DNA of 64,000 bases from Lama guanicoe (taxonomy: Eukaryota). The translations under genes were made by a program, and so were the position numbers. Location: assembly GCA_013239625.1 (NCBI GenBank), contig MU053379.1, positions 568,490 through 632,489 of the forward strand. The letters are read 5' to 3'. Positions 37,871-50,083 of this stretch are shown piece by piece; the stretch's first letter is position 1; every line of letters starts with the position of its first letter. The notes beneath the pieces are model-generated. The model searched no databases, was not told the DNA's origin, and saw nothing but the letters and a program-made list of their open reading frames with translations.

Positions 37871-39299
37871 CAAGGCCTTTGTATCTTCCCAGCCACGATT
37901 TCTCTTCCGCCTGCAGCTGTCACAGGCTCCGCGTGGAAGGAAACACGTAGGGCACTAAGTGAATGGAGTCCTTACTCAGAGTCCCCGGCTTTCCTGCTGG
38001 ACTGTCCACATCTCCACCTGCACCAGAGAGCCCGTGTTACATGGAAGGAGGTCTGCTTCTTCTGTCGCAAGGATTTTCTTTTAAGGATTAGCATCAACAA
38101 GTGGAGAATTGAACTTGGGAGTTGGGGTCCTGAGTCCTGACCTCCATCCTGGCCCTCGTTGGCTTCCCCATCCTTCTCTTTCTTTTCCTTTTCTTGGCTG
38201 GAGAAAGATGGGTGCACAACCAAGCCTAGGACCAGGTGACAGCAGGTACCCAGGGGTACACTTGCCAGATGTCCCCCTTCCCCATCAGACACGGATTTAC
38301 ACTGAGAAGCAGTTTTTGACACACAAAGCCAAAAGAGAGTCAGAGAGTAGATGGCATCTGGCTTCAGTCGGAATTTACAGTGCAGGCAGAATCAACACAG
38401 CACAGCCCCACGGGGCTCCTGTCACTTTCCACAAACTCCTAAACTGCCCCCCCATCTCTCAAGTCAGAGTGGTTCTCTCCCTTCCATCTGCAGTGCCCCC
38501 TGCCACAACTAAAAAGGCTCTTTGAAGTGTGATTGTTCTGCAAAGCATGCCAAGTCTGCCAAAACTTAAGAGAAAAAAATTGTTATGACTTATCCTCAGA
38601 TGACAGCATGTAAATATTTTAGAAAGCGAAATGAGTATGATGAAAAATACACAACTTTTCATCTCACTTTTCCCCAAGCTGTGGGAATGATTCTTTCCTT
38701 GTTTCAAGGTGACATTTTAGGACAGTATTACAGAATTGTGTGAATGATGGGGTATTATACATAAGCAAAGATTTCCCCCCAGTTATTTCAGTTACTGTCT
38801 GGTCTAGTCTAAAGGAAAATCAACCCCTGAAAGGTGATCTCCACCTAAACAAAGGAGTCAGATAATTGCCTATTACACTAAGGCAGTTCTTATGCTTGTC
38901 TTTGAATTTTAGCATCTTGCAGATAGATTTTGTTTGACCAATATCGTAAAGATAAAAAGGAAGAGGGAAAGAAGGTTAAGAGAACTTTGGGGGGACATAC
39001 TGTTTGCCACAGACCCCACCATTCCCAATAGTCTGACATCTGCTTCTCACATAAACATCACCTACCTGGCTCTTTAGGGAGTTGAGTTTGCATCTCCTAA
39101 GTTTGCTCAATAAATATTTAAAGGAGGCAGCAAGGAGCTGGCATGGAGGAAGAGAAGAAGGAAACTGCTTTCCCCTCTGTTTATCTCAATTTTTTGGTCT
39201 TGAACTTTATAGTCTACATGTTGAATTTACTGTTAAAGCATTATATGTGGGAGTAGGTGACAGTCAGAGAACCCTAAAATATGAGCTATCCAGTAACTG

Positions 39300-39700
39300 C
39301 CTTCTTAGTTCAGGACCCCCCAGAAGCAAACCCTGAAACAAGGGCTGAGTTCAAGTAGTTGATTTGGGAAGTAAAGGGAACACCCGGGGTGAGTGGGGAG
39401 GTGTGACAGTGAAGAAAGGGGCCAATAAAGGAGGTGTGATCAAGTCAGCTATCACCAGGAGCACCTGGGACTTAATCCTATCAGGAAACTGGGAAACCGT
39501 GCAGAACACACACTGAGGTTATCCCACCCAGCAGCAAGGGATAAAAGTCACTGGTTGAGGTCGTTCCCTTGGGCGTAAATTGTCCCAGCACTTCCAGCCC
39601 TGCAGTGAGTGTGCAGGGCAGCCTGCAGTCTCCTGGGGGAAGTCCTTTACATGAAGAGATGCCTGCGCTGACATCGGGAAAGCCCCAGTGCACAAGAAGC
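39300..39700. mobile_element. MaLR (MLT1-like) LTR relic
   Basis: ccccagaagcaaaccctgaaacaagggctgagttcaagtagttgatttgggaagt. Confidence 0.6.
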
Positions 39701-41898
39701 CATAGGTCTAATGACTATGGGGCTACCATTTATTACAATCTCCAGAGTGCAGTTTGAACAAGACCTAATCTGAACCTGGAGTCATCCCACTCTGGGTAAT
39801 AAAGGACCAGTACCGTGATGTGTTTGCTGATTAGAAAAGAATGTAGCCCTTGCAAAAGAGACTGATGCAGAAGGAAGCCCAGCCGGGGTGGGAGTGGCGT
39901 CTGACATTGCTCTGACAACCAGAAGACGAATTCAGGGAACACTAAAGGGTCTTGAAAGTGACAGTTGATTCATGAACTTCCTTCTACATCTTAAGGAAAT
40001 GCACCCCGGGGAAACCTGGCACGTCCTTGGCTGGCTCTGATGACTACACCCCAGCCTCTTATTAATCACACCTTGGGGTTGTTACTGGAGGGAACATCTT
40101 AGAAATAAAGACAAGGTGACAGAAAATCCTGAGGCACAGATGAAACAGAGCATTGATTGTTTATTTCCGGGGAAGGGGAGTGGTGTGCAAAGGGCATGAG
40201 CACAGATCCCAGATCCTTGAGCTGGGACGTTCTAGGGGTCACTTGCAAGACCGTGGCTTGAAAGCCACTATCCAGGAAGGAGAGGAGGGGAGTGGATGGC
40301 TGCCCAGGGAGACAGTGATTAATCACGATGGGGGAGGAGAGCCCTGGTGACCCCTGCTGAAATTTAATCACAGCAGTAGGTCCGACACAGTGGCAGCTCT
40401 CAGGATGCCTCCATGAGCCCTGATTGATGCTCTGAAACCAAACGAAGGTTCCCAACTGAGCAGGGGCTGCGGCTAAGTTCAGCCTCTGAGACGGTGGTTG
40501 TGGCTGTAATCCCTTGTTCCATTTCTGATAAAGAGAAATGCGAGGAAAAGCTGGTGGGTTTCTGGTGATCCTTCATAAATGCTGGCCAGCCTTAGTTTGG
40601 GGTGGCCAACCACCCTGGTTGTGCAGGACTTTCCTGGTTTTAGCACTTAAAGCCTGTTTCCCAGGAACTCCTCAACCCCGGGCAAACTGAGGTGACTGTC
40701 ACTCACCGTTAAGCTTTCTTGACGGTGGTGACCCATCATGCCCAGTGAGAAACACAACCGCCGGGTTAAGGGATTGATGTGGATGTAAGCCTTCAACAAC
40801 CCCCAGGACACCAGAAAGGTTAATCACGGTGCTTGGATCCTGCTAGAAAGAGGCACGATTGCTTGCGGGTCTTACCTCCAAGGTGGATAAACGCAAGACA
40901 AGTCTTAATTAGAGGCAATTACAGGTATCCTGAAACCTAGGCTCAAGTGAAGGATTTAATCAGAGGCTACAAGATCATCTTCTCTTTGGTTTTCCTGGGG
41001 ATCTGACGCCCCCACCCCCGACTCCTGCTGAACTCCGCGAAGGGGGCGCAAGGCAGACGCTGCCCTGGCCCAGCTGCGGCCCGCAGGCGCACCACCAGGC
41101 AGCCTCTCTCTGCACCTCCAGCGCTGTCCTGGGGGCAGCTCCACGGGGGTCTCAAGAGGCTGGCAGGGAGGGCTGGGGGAGGGGGTACCTGCTCACCAGC
41201 TCACGTATAGTTGGTACTTCTCCCTCCCCTTTCCACACCCCCTCCCCTGGTCGCTCATTTGTGCTTCCTGAGATGCCTCTCCCCAAGTTGACTATCTGCT
41301 CCCAAGTCCTGGTCCCAGCATCTGTTTTTAGAAGGGGACGTAAGTTGGGACCAACCCCCCTCCCTGGAAGTGTGGCCAGCCTTCCTCTGGAAGTGAGCCC
41401 CGCAGGCTGGAGAGGTCCACTCACCCATCGCCTTTGTTCAAGGCACCGTGTGACTTTATTGCCACCTCCAAACCTCCAAGTACAGAAAAGAAGTGAACAA
41501 AGAATGAAAATATAAAACAGCTACACGGAAATAATATTCAATCACTGATATTGTGCCAGAGAGGGATTTTCTAAATATAAAAGCCAAGGGGAAATATTTA
41601 CCCCCCAAAAAAAATGTGTAATAAATGTTACTCATAAAACCTTTCAAAATTTCTGCCAGTCTGGTCATTGTTAAAGCTGGGATACGTGGGGATTCATTAT
41701 ACTATTCACTCTTTGTGATGCTTAACATTTTTTTCAAATTAAAAGGTTTTCATTCACTCTAAAAAAATAAAGTTTAGTGCGTGGTTAAGTTGTCAGAAGT
41801 AATATACATCTAGGGGGAAAAGAAAACAGCAACTCTTGTAATATTGCACAAATGGCTACTTACGGCTAGGAATAAAATTGTCAGGGATTACCCAGAGT

Positions 41899-42074
41899 GT
41901 TTTTATTTTGTTTTGTTTTGTTTTAATATTTTATTTAGTTAATTTATTTGGGGGAGAGGTAATTAGATTTGTTTGTTTATGTATTTGTGTATTTAAATGG
42001 AGGTACTGAGAATTGAGCCCAGGACCTTGTGAAGGCTAAGCATGCACTCTAACCACTGAGCTACACCCTCCCCC
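41899..42074 (-). mobile_element. tRNA-Ala-derived SINE (Vic-1-like)
   Basis: Minus strand GGGGGAGGGTGTAGCTCAGTGGTTAGAGTGCATGCTTAGC...GGGCTCAATTCTCAGTACCTCC with (AAAAC)n tail; homologous to 7510-7645. Confidence 0.85.
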
Positions 42075-42139
42075 AACAGTTTTTTTTTTTTTTCAATACT
42101 GTGTCTGACATAAACTAAGTGAAACTGGACACGATGAAC

Positions 42140-42525
42140 TGTATTGGTCAGGAGAGTCTACATTATGCTGTGATAACAAACAGCCCCAAAAGCTCAGAGG
42201 CTTCAAAGCACAAACATTTATTTCTCAATCAGCTGCTCATTCCTCATTGTCAGTAGGGGGTCTGCTTGTCACAATCTCTTAGGGGATTAGGGCTGACATC
42301 TGGAACATTCTTAGTCACTGTGTAGAAGGAAAGAAACAACTCTACATATCAGGTACTGACCAGTAAATGGCTGAGCCAAGAAGTGGCACCAGTATCCATC
42401 ACTCCCACTCACAACTCTGATTAAAATGGCTTACCAGACCCCACCCAGCCACAAGGGGGCATTATCATGAGCCCAGACAGTGGACAGCTGGAAATATTTG
42501 GCAGTTGGCACCAGCACCTTCTACA
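42140..42525. mobile_element. MaLR (MLT1-like) LTR relic
   Basis: tgtattggtcagg...ttatgctgtgataacaaacagccccaaaagctcagaggctt. Confidence 0.6.
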
Positions 42526-42819
42526 GTGAGACCAGAAAAATTGTGACCCAAGAGATAAACAGTGATCTTCTGAGGACAAACACACAAATGTCAAAGATAT
42601 TTGTGAATAGTTTGAATAAACTTGTTCTATGAACTGTGAATGCAGAAAAGCAATATTTGTACATCAATGCATTGTTTTATACAGTATTTAAATATCTACA
42701 TGTGAAAAATAATAGATTTAAGTAATATAGTGAAAATTTTTCTGCATTCAAATGCAAAATACAAAAGAAAACATTGTGGGTAAACATACATATGCCATAT
42801 AGATACCAAAAATTTGGTT

Positions 42820-43650
42820 AAGGTTTTAATATAGGAAGCGCTCTAACAAGTCAATTTTTTTTTTAAAAAAAGGGGGATATCATGAAAGAAAAAATAGGCA
42901 CAGACATTACCATCAGGGGCTTGGCGCTTTGCTAAGGTATTTTTAAAGCAAGAATACAAATGAGCAGTAAAGGTATAAAAAGATAGTCAACTGATAGTGA
43001 AAAAAATATACAACTCAAAACAATGAGGTACCGTTTTTGCCCACTAAGTTGACAAAACTTCTTTTTGACTCTAAATCTTGACCCAGATGGGCTCAATGTG
43101 GAGTCCTTGTGCACTACTGGCAAATATATAAATTATTTAACAAGCCTTATAAAGAGCAATAACATGGCACTCTGGACTGAGAATCTTCAAACATTCATTT
43201 CTTTTCACTCAAAATTTCCTATTTTAAAAACTCTGCTTGAGGAAATAAAAAGAGATAAAAGATAAATATAAAATGTTCATTTCTGCCCTTCGAAATCTAG
43301 AAATAGCCTTCCATATATGTCTAAGAAAAAGAGTAAATAAATTATAAAATGGCTATTTAACAGAACTAATAAAAACTTACGGTGTAGAATAATAATTATG
43401 TAAGAAAATGTTAATAATATAATGGTCAATGAGAAATACATTTTAAGCAGGGTTACAAAAGTGGACATATTTTATGATCCCAATTTCACTCTTAAACCTG
43501 TTCTTACACTTTGCATTTATGTATATATAACTGGCAGGAATCCACAAAATAGCACCAGTGGTTTTTCTATTCATGGGAGATTATATAGACGTTGTATTTT
43601 CTTCAGTCTAGATTTTAATTGTTCTACAATGAATATAATTTTCATAATAC
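42820..43650 (+). mobile_element. Ancient L1 (L1ME-like) 3' relic
   Basis: A-rich; aaaacaatgaggtaccgttttt, cactactggcaaatataaatt. Confidence 0.5.
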
Positions 43651-44827
43651 AAAATACAGTAACTTTTTTAAAGTATGTCAGTATTGTATTAAGATGTCAA
43701 GATGACTGGAAAATAAAAAAGTAATATAAATGAGTGTTTAGGAAAAGGCAAGCTGTATCCTGCTGGCCTCACCAGCTCCTGCAAGCAGACACCAGCATTG
43801 GGTCAGAGCCTTGGGAGGGGTGGAGACCCCCAGCAGGCAGCCCACCCTCCCGCAGCGCAGGCTCCTGGGCCATCTCCCCCCTACTCTCTGGGTGACCTCC
43901 CACACCCCATGTGAGTTTTGGGTTCTTCTTTACTTGTTCCCTGGATTAAATTCGCTCTGTTGAACTGCCCAGTGTGGCAGTGCCTGCCTGCCTGAATCTA
44001 TTTGTTGGGATCACGTTAAATTTATAAGTCAACTTGGGGGAAATTGACATCTTTGTGATGCTGTCTTTCTGTCCAAGAACATGATCTGTTGGTGTGTCTT
44101 TCTGTTGGGTCGTATCTTCATCTTTGTCCCTCCATAGAATTTCAAAGTCTTATTTAGTATTTAGCTCTTTTTTTTTTTTTGCTTGTTGAGTTTCTTCCCA
44201 AGTATTTTATCTTTTGTGTGACTAGTCTAAATAGTGCTGCTGCACAGGACTGCTGTGGGGGTTCAGGGAGTTAATACATAAAGTGCTCAGAGCAGTCCCT
44301 GGCACACAGAAGAGCTTGCTGTGATTATCATCCTAGTTTCTTCCACTGTATCCCCCAGCTGGTTATTGTTTGCATGTGGGTCACAGCTGTTCTGTCTTGG
44401 GTTCAGCCCAGCTCCTGTTCCGGTGAAACTGGGGGCAGAATTGGATCCTGGGGTGTCATTTTAACAGGAAAGTGCAATGTGCTGATAACAGACCCATCCC
44501 AAAATCAGCTCTCAGTCCTCTTACAGATGCCCCTTTCCCACCCATCTGCCCCCAGAACTAGGGTTTTCTCCATAAGGGTCCATCTTCCCCAGAAGCCAGG
44601 GACTATTTGGTAGTCTGATATACAATCACTGGAAGCTAGGATGTAATTATTATTGCCTCATGTACACACACACACACAGAAACACAGACACACACACATA
44701 TCTTACTTAGGAAAACAAAGTTTAATATTCCTAGCAATCAAAGTATTCTCGTGGGCAAGTCTTTCAGTTCAAAACAAAATGAATGTTTACTTTTTACTTT
44801 TCAGAAACACACTGACAGTTCCTCCCT

Positions 44828-45325
44828 GTGTATCAGTAAGCAAAGCCAAGTAACAAACTTCCCCAAAACTCAGTAAATTAAAATAACAACCATTTAAGTC
44901 CACTCATTGGTATACAGGTCAGCTGTGTTGTTCTGCCAATCTGGGCCATCCTTGGCTAATCTCAGGTGGCCTCGCTCATGCAGCTGTGGTGGGTGAGCGA
45001 CAGTCTGGGATGGCCTCCCATGTCTGATGGTTGTTGGCTGTGGCAGTGAACCTGGAGGGGCTATGTCTGTCATCAACCAGCAGGCTAACTTGGGTTTGTT
45101 TCAGTAACGCAACAGAGTTCTGAGGGAGAGCAGAAGTGTAAGGGCTTCTTGAGACCAATGCTTGGAACTGACTCAGCACTGCTTCCCACCTCATCCTGTT
45201 GGTCATAGCAAAAGAGGGGGCCAGCCCAGACTCAAGTGGAGGGAAATAGAACCCTCCCCTTGATGGGCAGGGCGGCAAATCATATTGTGAAGGGGTCATG
45301 AATACAGAGAAGTCTGACAACTTAG
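44828..45325. mobile_element. MaLR (MLT1F/H-like) LTR relic
   Basis: tgtatcagt...gtaacaaacttccccaaaactcagtaaattaaaataacaaccattta...gccagcccagactcaag. Confidence 0.6.
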
Positions 45326-46829
45326 AGTCACAGTCAATCTCCCTATGCCAAGGCGAGAACGCTTTGAGCACTGATTTCCTTTTAGCAAAGGCTGCTTTGT
45401 CTCACTGGCAGCCCACCTGTGGGCTGTTCAGGGGGAAGTTCCACAGGTGGCCACCCATTTACCCTGACTCACATCCATTTCACTTTCCTAGGGTGCCATT
45501 TCTTAACATTGAGCCCAAATCTGAGTCTGTTTGAGAGTGAGATCCCCTGCACCGGCTGTCAGGATGATTGGTTTCCCTCTCTGTCCTGGCGTCTGAGAGC
45601 AGTTGCCTGTTTGGGTGGTTTTCCAGTGTAGATTTTCCAAGAGGCTGAGGACAGTTCGCAGCTGGTGGCTGAGCCAGTCTTTGCTGATGTATCGACTCAG
45701 TCACAGGCTAATTAACTCCGACTCTGTTTAGAAGCAATCAAAGTGTCACTTCTCATTGTTAGGAGGCAGACAGAGCTTGGAGGTAACCCAGTCTTCCCCT
45801 TCCCTCTGGCACCACCGCTCTTACAGCACTGAGTCAGGACCGTGGACAGGGACACACTTTCTCTGCATGGCTTCTGTGTCTCCTCGCCCTAGAGGGTGGG
45901 TGACCCAGCACCCTGGGCAGGACTGGACCTTCCACACTGGCTGCCCTCCTCCCCTCAACCCAGCCCCAGGGGAAAGCAGAATAACCCTGGCCCTACTCCC
46001 CTGCGGTCAAAACGTAGGAAACCAGAAGCAATAGCCGCTCCTGGATTGTGGAGATGAGAGAATACTTTTAGAAGACAGAACAGGGGGAGAGAAACCTAGG
46101 CACTGAAAACGTGGTTTGAACAGAAGAGCCATGCATACTGTAGGCATCTGTATAACTAAACCTGCGGGTTGTAGCTAATTAGCATATAGTGGTAATCGTT
46201 GTACATATCATTATGTTTACAGTTATTTCTGTTGTGTGTTTTACCTGGTCGTATTAGCCTTTCTTCTTATATTTGGTGTTCCCTTACACAGGTAAAATGC
46301 ATAATATTGTGTTTAAAAGAATTCTAATATGATCCAATTGAGTAAAAAAACGTATATTATATATATACACCAACATATATACTTACATAATCTGTAGGTA
46401 AACGTGTTATTTTGTACTTACAGTATCTACATATATGTAAATTTATGTAAAATATATATAACTATATATAAAATCGAAGCTACATATGAATATCTTTTGT
46501 ATCTTATATCGCTAAGTATAAATTTATAGGTGCACCTGCACTTTTGCTTAAAAGAATACATAATGGGATAATAATGATTACATCTAGGGGTCTTGTTTTT
46601 TCATTTCCCCCCTACACTTCGACTCTTTTCATGAGGATGTACTGCCTTTAAAAGCAGTTCATTTGGAAATTCTAAGAGATTCTTCCAGCTCTTCTCGCCT
46701 TGCTACCCCCAGCTTAAAGTGTAGATTCAGGTGACTTTTTATGTTGCATCCTCCCGGGAAAGGAAAATTCTTGCAGCGCCTAACCGGAAGGACAGTGGTT
46801 TTCGAAGGCAGATAGAGCCAGCCTGGCCC

Positions 46830-47340
46830 TGTGGCTCCGCTGCTGCAGAAGCCCGGGTCCCGACTCCCAGGCCTGGACCCTGCAGCCCGTGGCGCCTCTC
46901 CTTTCCCCCCTCCCCACCCCCAGGGCCGAGGGGGCAAAGGCAGCATCTACGTGTGGGCCTCCGGGGACGGCGGCAGCTACGACGACTGCAACTGCGACGG
47001 CTACGCCTCCAGCATGTGGACCATCTCCATCAACTCGGCCATCAACGACGGCCGGACCGCCCTGTACGACGAGAGCTGCTCCTCCACCTTGGCCTCCACC
47101 TTCAGCAACGGGAGGAAGAAGGACCCCGAGGCCGGCGTGGTGAGTGCGGCGCCCGCCCGCGCGAGGCTGGGGTGCACGCCGGCGCTGTGGGACGGCAGGC
47201 GCGGGCTGTGCCGTCACGGGGGAGGCGCTCGCCCGCCTTCCCTCAGAGGGTCGGGCGGGCGCTGAGGGGCGATCTGTCCCCTCCCAGGCTGATGCGGCTT
47301 TGTCATCAAGGTAGGGACGGACGATGGGGACGAACGTGAG
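46830..47340. promoter_or_regulatory. Intragenic CpG island over PCSK2 exon 9 and the start of intron 9
   Basis: Very high GC and dense CpG (gcggcgcccgcccgcgcgagg), in contrast to the AT-rich 46300-46580 flank. Confidence 0.8.
46924..47139 (+). CDS. PCSK2: PCSK2 coding exon (exon 9 equivalent), GRGGKGSIYVWASGDGG...FSNGRKKDPEAGV, with PC2-specific oxyanion Asp (GAC 46966-46968)
   Basis: ccccag|GGC acceptor; GTG|gtgagt donor; 216 nt; ORF 46831..47265; WASGDGG (Asp where other convertases have Asn) is diagnostic of PC2. Confidence 0.99.
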
Positions 47341-49184
47341 GCCCTCTGCCCGCTCGTTTTCCACATGTTTTCTTGCTCATTGTTCTGCCCTGCAGACAGT
47401 GATGCACTCCGGTTTACCGAAAAGCCCCAGCACAGAGCTTGGAAGGATAACTGCTGTTAAGAGCCGGGGCATCACACCAGCACCATTCTGAGCCAAGAAC
47501 CCATCCATTCATTGCAGTAATTTAAGAGTAGCATCCGTGGATGGACTGTCCTGGGTCCATGAGTCTCCCCACATTGGGGTCACGTGTATTTTCTCAAAGG
47601 AAGAGCAGGGTAGCTCATCACATTCTAAAACAGGTCCGTGAGTGAGAAAGCAAAAAGGTTCAGAACCACAGGCTTGGATTATTTATTACACTTTCTGAGC
47701 AGCTCTTCCTTCCTGGGCAACTAGGTCTGATGGTGAATTTTCCAAGCCCCTCAGAAATACACACCTGGAGAGCATAAGGCGCGTTTTTGAATCTCTTGCT
47801 CTCTGGGCATTTCTCTGGCATAGCAGCCTTTCCTCGGACCTCCACGCCAGGAATTCAGTGGGCGGTTCAACAGTCCTGCTGAGTTCCATCCTGACAGCCC
47901 TTGCCTCCACCCGAGCTGGGAGGAGGCAGGAACCAGGACACAGTCATTACCAGCTAGCGCTCTGGTCCCAGGGCCTGCCGAGCTGGCCAGGCCCTCATGT
48001 GAGCAGGAGAAGCCCTTCCCCAACAAGAGACACAGACCTTAGCCCGGCTCCCTCCGTGAGTCCCCTGGCTCCCCCAGCCTTGGGAAGGACGGAGACTCTG
48101 CCAGTTCCTCCCAAGCAGAAGGACCTGCCCCCTCTCTCATCCCACAAGCTCTGTGGGCGGGAAGGGAGAAGAGCAGAGCAGGAAAGAACAAGTGAGGGCC
48201 CCCCACCGTGTTCTGTTTGTAATGCTTCCCCCCAAAGCCCCACTCCCTGCCCCAAGGGTCTCCCAACGGTGTCACTTTGTCCTCAACTCCTGTCTAGGAC
48301 TCGGTCTACTACAGCTGGGGAAGGGCCTTGGGTTCTCCTTGAATGTTGTCATTTTCCCTCAGGAGATGCCTTGAAATCTCCCTGATGCTTTGTTCCTCCA
48401 GACAACAGGCCCCCTGGAGGAGCCTACAGACAAACAGGAGGAAGGAATACTCCTGTGATTTATATATGAGCTTAATGAATACCCTGGTTCACACAAACAT
48501 CACAAATGAGGGTTTTCTCTTTGTGAAAGTCTTTTAAAACTCAGCTGGTCAGTCTCCCCCCTTAAGAGCAGTTGTGGAGGTGATCACTCGTGTAGGGTCA
48601 TCTTGCTGAACATGTATCAGAATCTCTCTGTGACTTTTAGATGCAGAGACCATAACATTTTCTCCTTCATGGCCTGTCCCTCTAGCAAACTTTAGCTGAG
48701 CATGTTTAGTCTTTCCTCTTTGGGAATGCCACCCTCTTTCCTGAGGGAAAATAAATGCTGATGAAGTGGCCCTTGAGTTTTTGGAGCCAATCCTAATGTA
48801 ACAAAACTCACCATTGCATTGACTATGGTGGTGATGGTGACTTGTCTCTTTCCAACTATGTTTCCTTTTAGGATCCAGAAAATAAATGTCTCTCTAGTTT
48901 CTAGAACAGCTGCAGATATGCTTCTCTGAATGATTGACTAGCTTTTATCTTGAGGACACTGTAAATATAAATGAGTGGGTTTTTTGCATGGGCTACTAGG
49001 ACGCTCAGATAAAATGTATGGCAAAGTAGATATATGAGTACTGAGCTTATCCTTACCTTCATCTCAATCTTCTTCAGAACAAGGCAGAGTTTAAGTAAGA
49101 GATAGGAAATCCTCTGTTCCATGTTGTTTTGGGGTTCAAAATAGAGTGAATCATTCACTCATTGCTCAATCTCTTCCCTTCCAG

Positions 49185-49285
49185 GCAACCACAGATCTGT
49201 ATGGCAACTGCACTCTGAGGCATTCCGGGACATCCGCAGCTGCTCCTGAGGCAGCGGGAGTGTTCGCGCTGGCTTTAGAGGCTAA
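49185..49285 (+). CDS. PCSK2: PCSK2 coding exon (exon 10 equivalent), ATTDLYGNCTLRHSGTSAAAPEAAGVFALALEA(N), with catalytic Ser (TCC 49233-49235) and an N-C-T sequon
   Basis: ctcttcccttccag|GCA acceptor; GCTAA|gtatgt donor; 101 nt; HSGTSAAAP subtilase Ser motif. Confidence 0.98.
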
Positions 49286-49438
49286 GTATGTTTCCAGCTC
49301 GGGACCAAGGGCCGGCTCTGCAGGGAGGACTAACAGGTGTCTCTTTACCCAACACCAGGTGTCCATGGCGGCTAAAGTGGGTGTGAGAGTCTGTGAATAG
49401 CCAGGGCAAGGAGCTCTGGTGGGCATTTCTAAATGATA

Positions 49439-49460
49439 CACACACACACACACACACACA
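49439..49460. repeat. (CA)11 microsatellite
   Basis: Read directly from the sequence. Confidence 0.9.
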
Positions 49461-50083
49461 CCACAAAACTACATCCCTGGGAGAGCCCAGGAGCCCAGCA
49501 CCCAACCACACACAGGGGCATGTAGATGCTTTCTTTATGAAACCTTCCCTTCATCTTCTGTGGGTCCCTGGGCTGCTTCACTCTAATAATATTCCCAAAT
49601 GAGGGAAAACCACTGCTCAGCGGGGTACCCAGCAAAGTATTCAGAACACGTGGTAAACAGGACACTCTCACCCCAGATTTGTTCATTTATAAAGTGAACT
49701 CACGGAGACAAGGTGGGTGAAGCTAGACAGTGTAGACCAAAAAAATGGGCTTTGCTGGGAAGCCTTCCAGCCACCAGTGAGAGGAGCCCCATCCCCTCTG
49801 ATCCTACTCCCCGCAGAGAGGCCACACAGCGTGGCTGCTGCTGGGCACACCTGGGTTTGAGAATCAGTGGAGGTCCCTGTGCACCTGGCCCTCTGTCTTC
49901 TCTTAGTGCAAACCAGAGGCTGGCCTTGTGTTTGAGCAGTGAGCATGTGGCGGCAGGCACCACCCATGTGGTGTAAGTGCAGATGCGCACTATGTAGGGA
50001 GTTATCCAAGAATAGAAAACCAGCAACTTGTAAAAAGTTGGATTCAGGCTCCTGGGGAAGGGGAGTTCCCATCCCTGTCAGCC

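Noticed and set aside
38491..38510. Partial CTCF-like GGCAGGGGGCAC on the minus strand (similar at ~37078)
   Set aside because: Lacks the 5' CCA of the core.
46731..47364. Long overlapping ORFs (202 aa on +, 194 aa on -) over exon 9
   Set aside because: Expected by-products of extreme GC content and GC3, which deplete stop codons; low-complexity Arg/Gly/Ala/Pro content and no recognisable domain.
49286..49293. GTATGTTT donor as a possible U12-type intron
   Set aside because: Does not match the U12 consensus GTATCCTT, and there is no TCCTTAAC branch site at the exon 11 acceptor.
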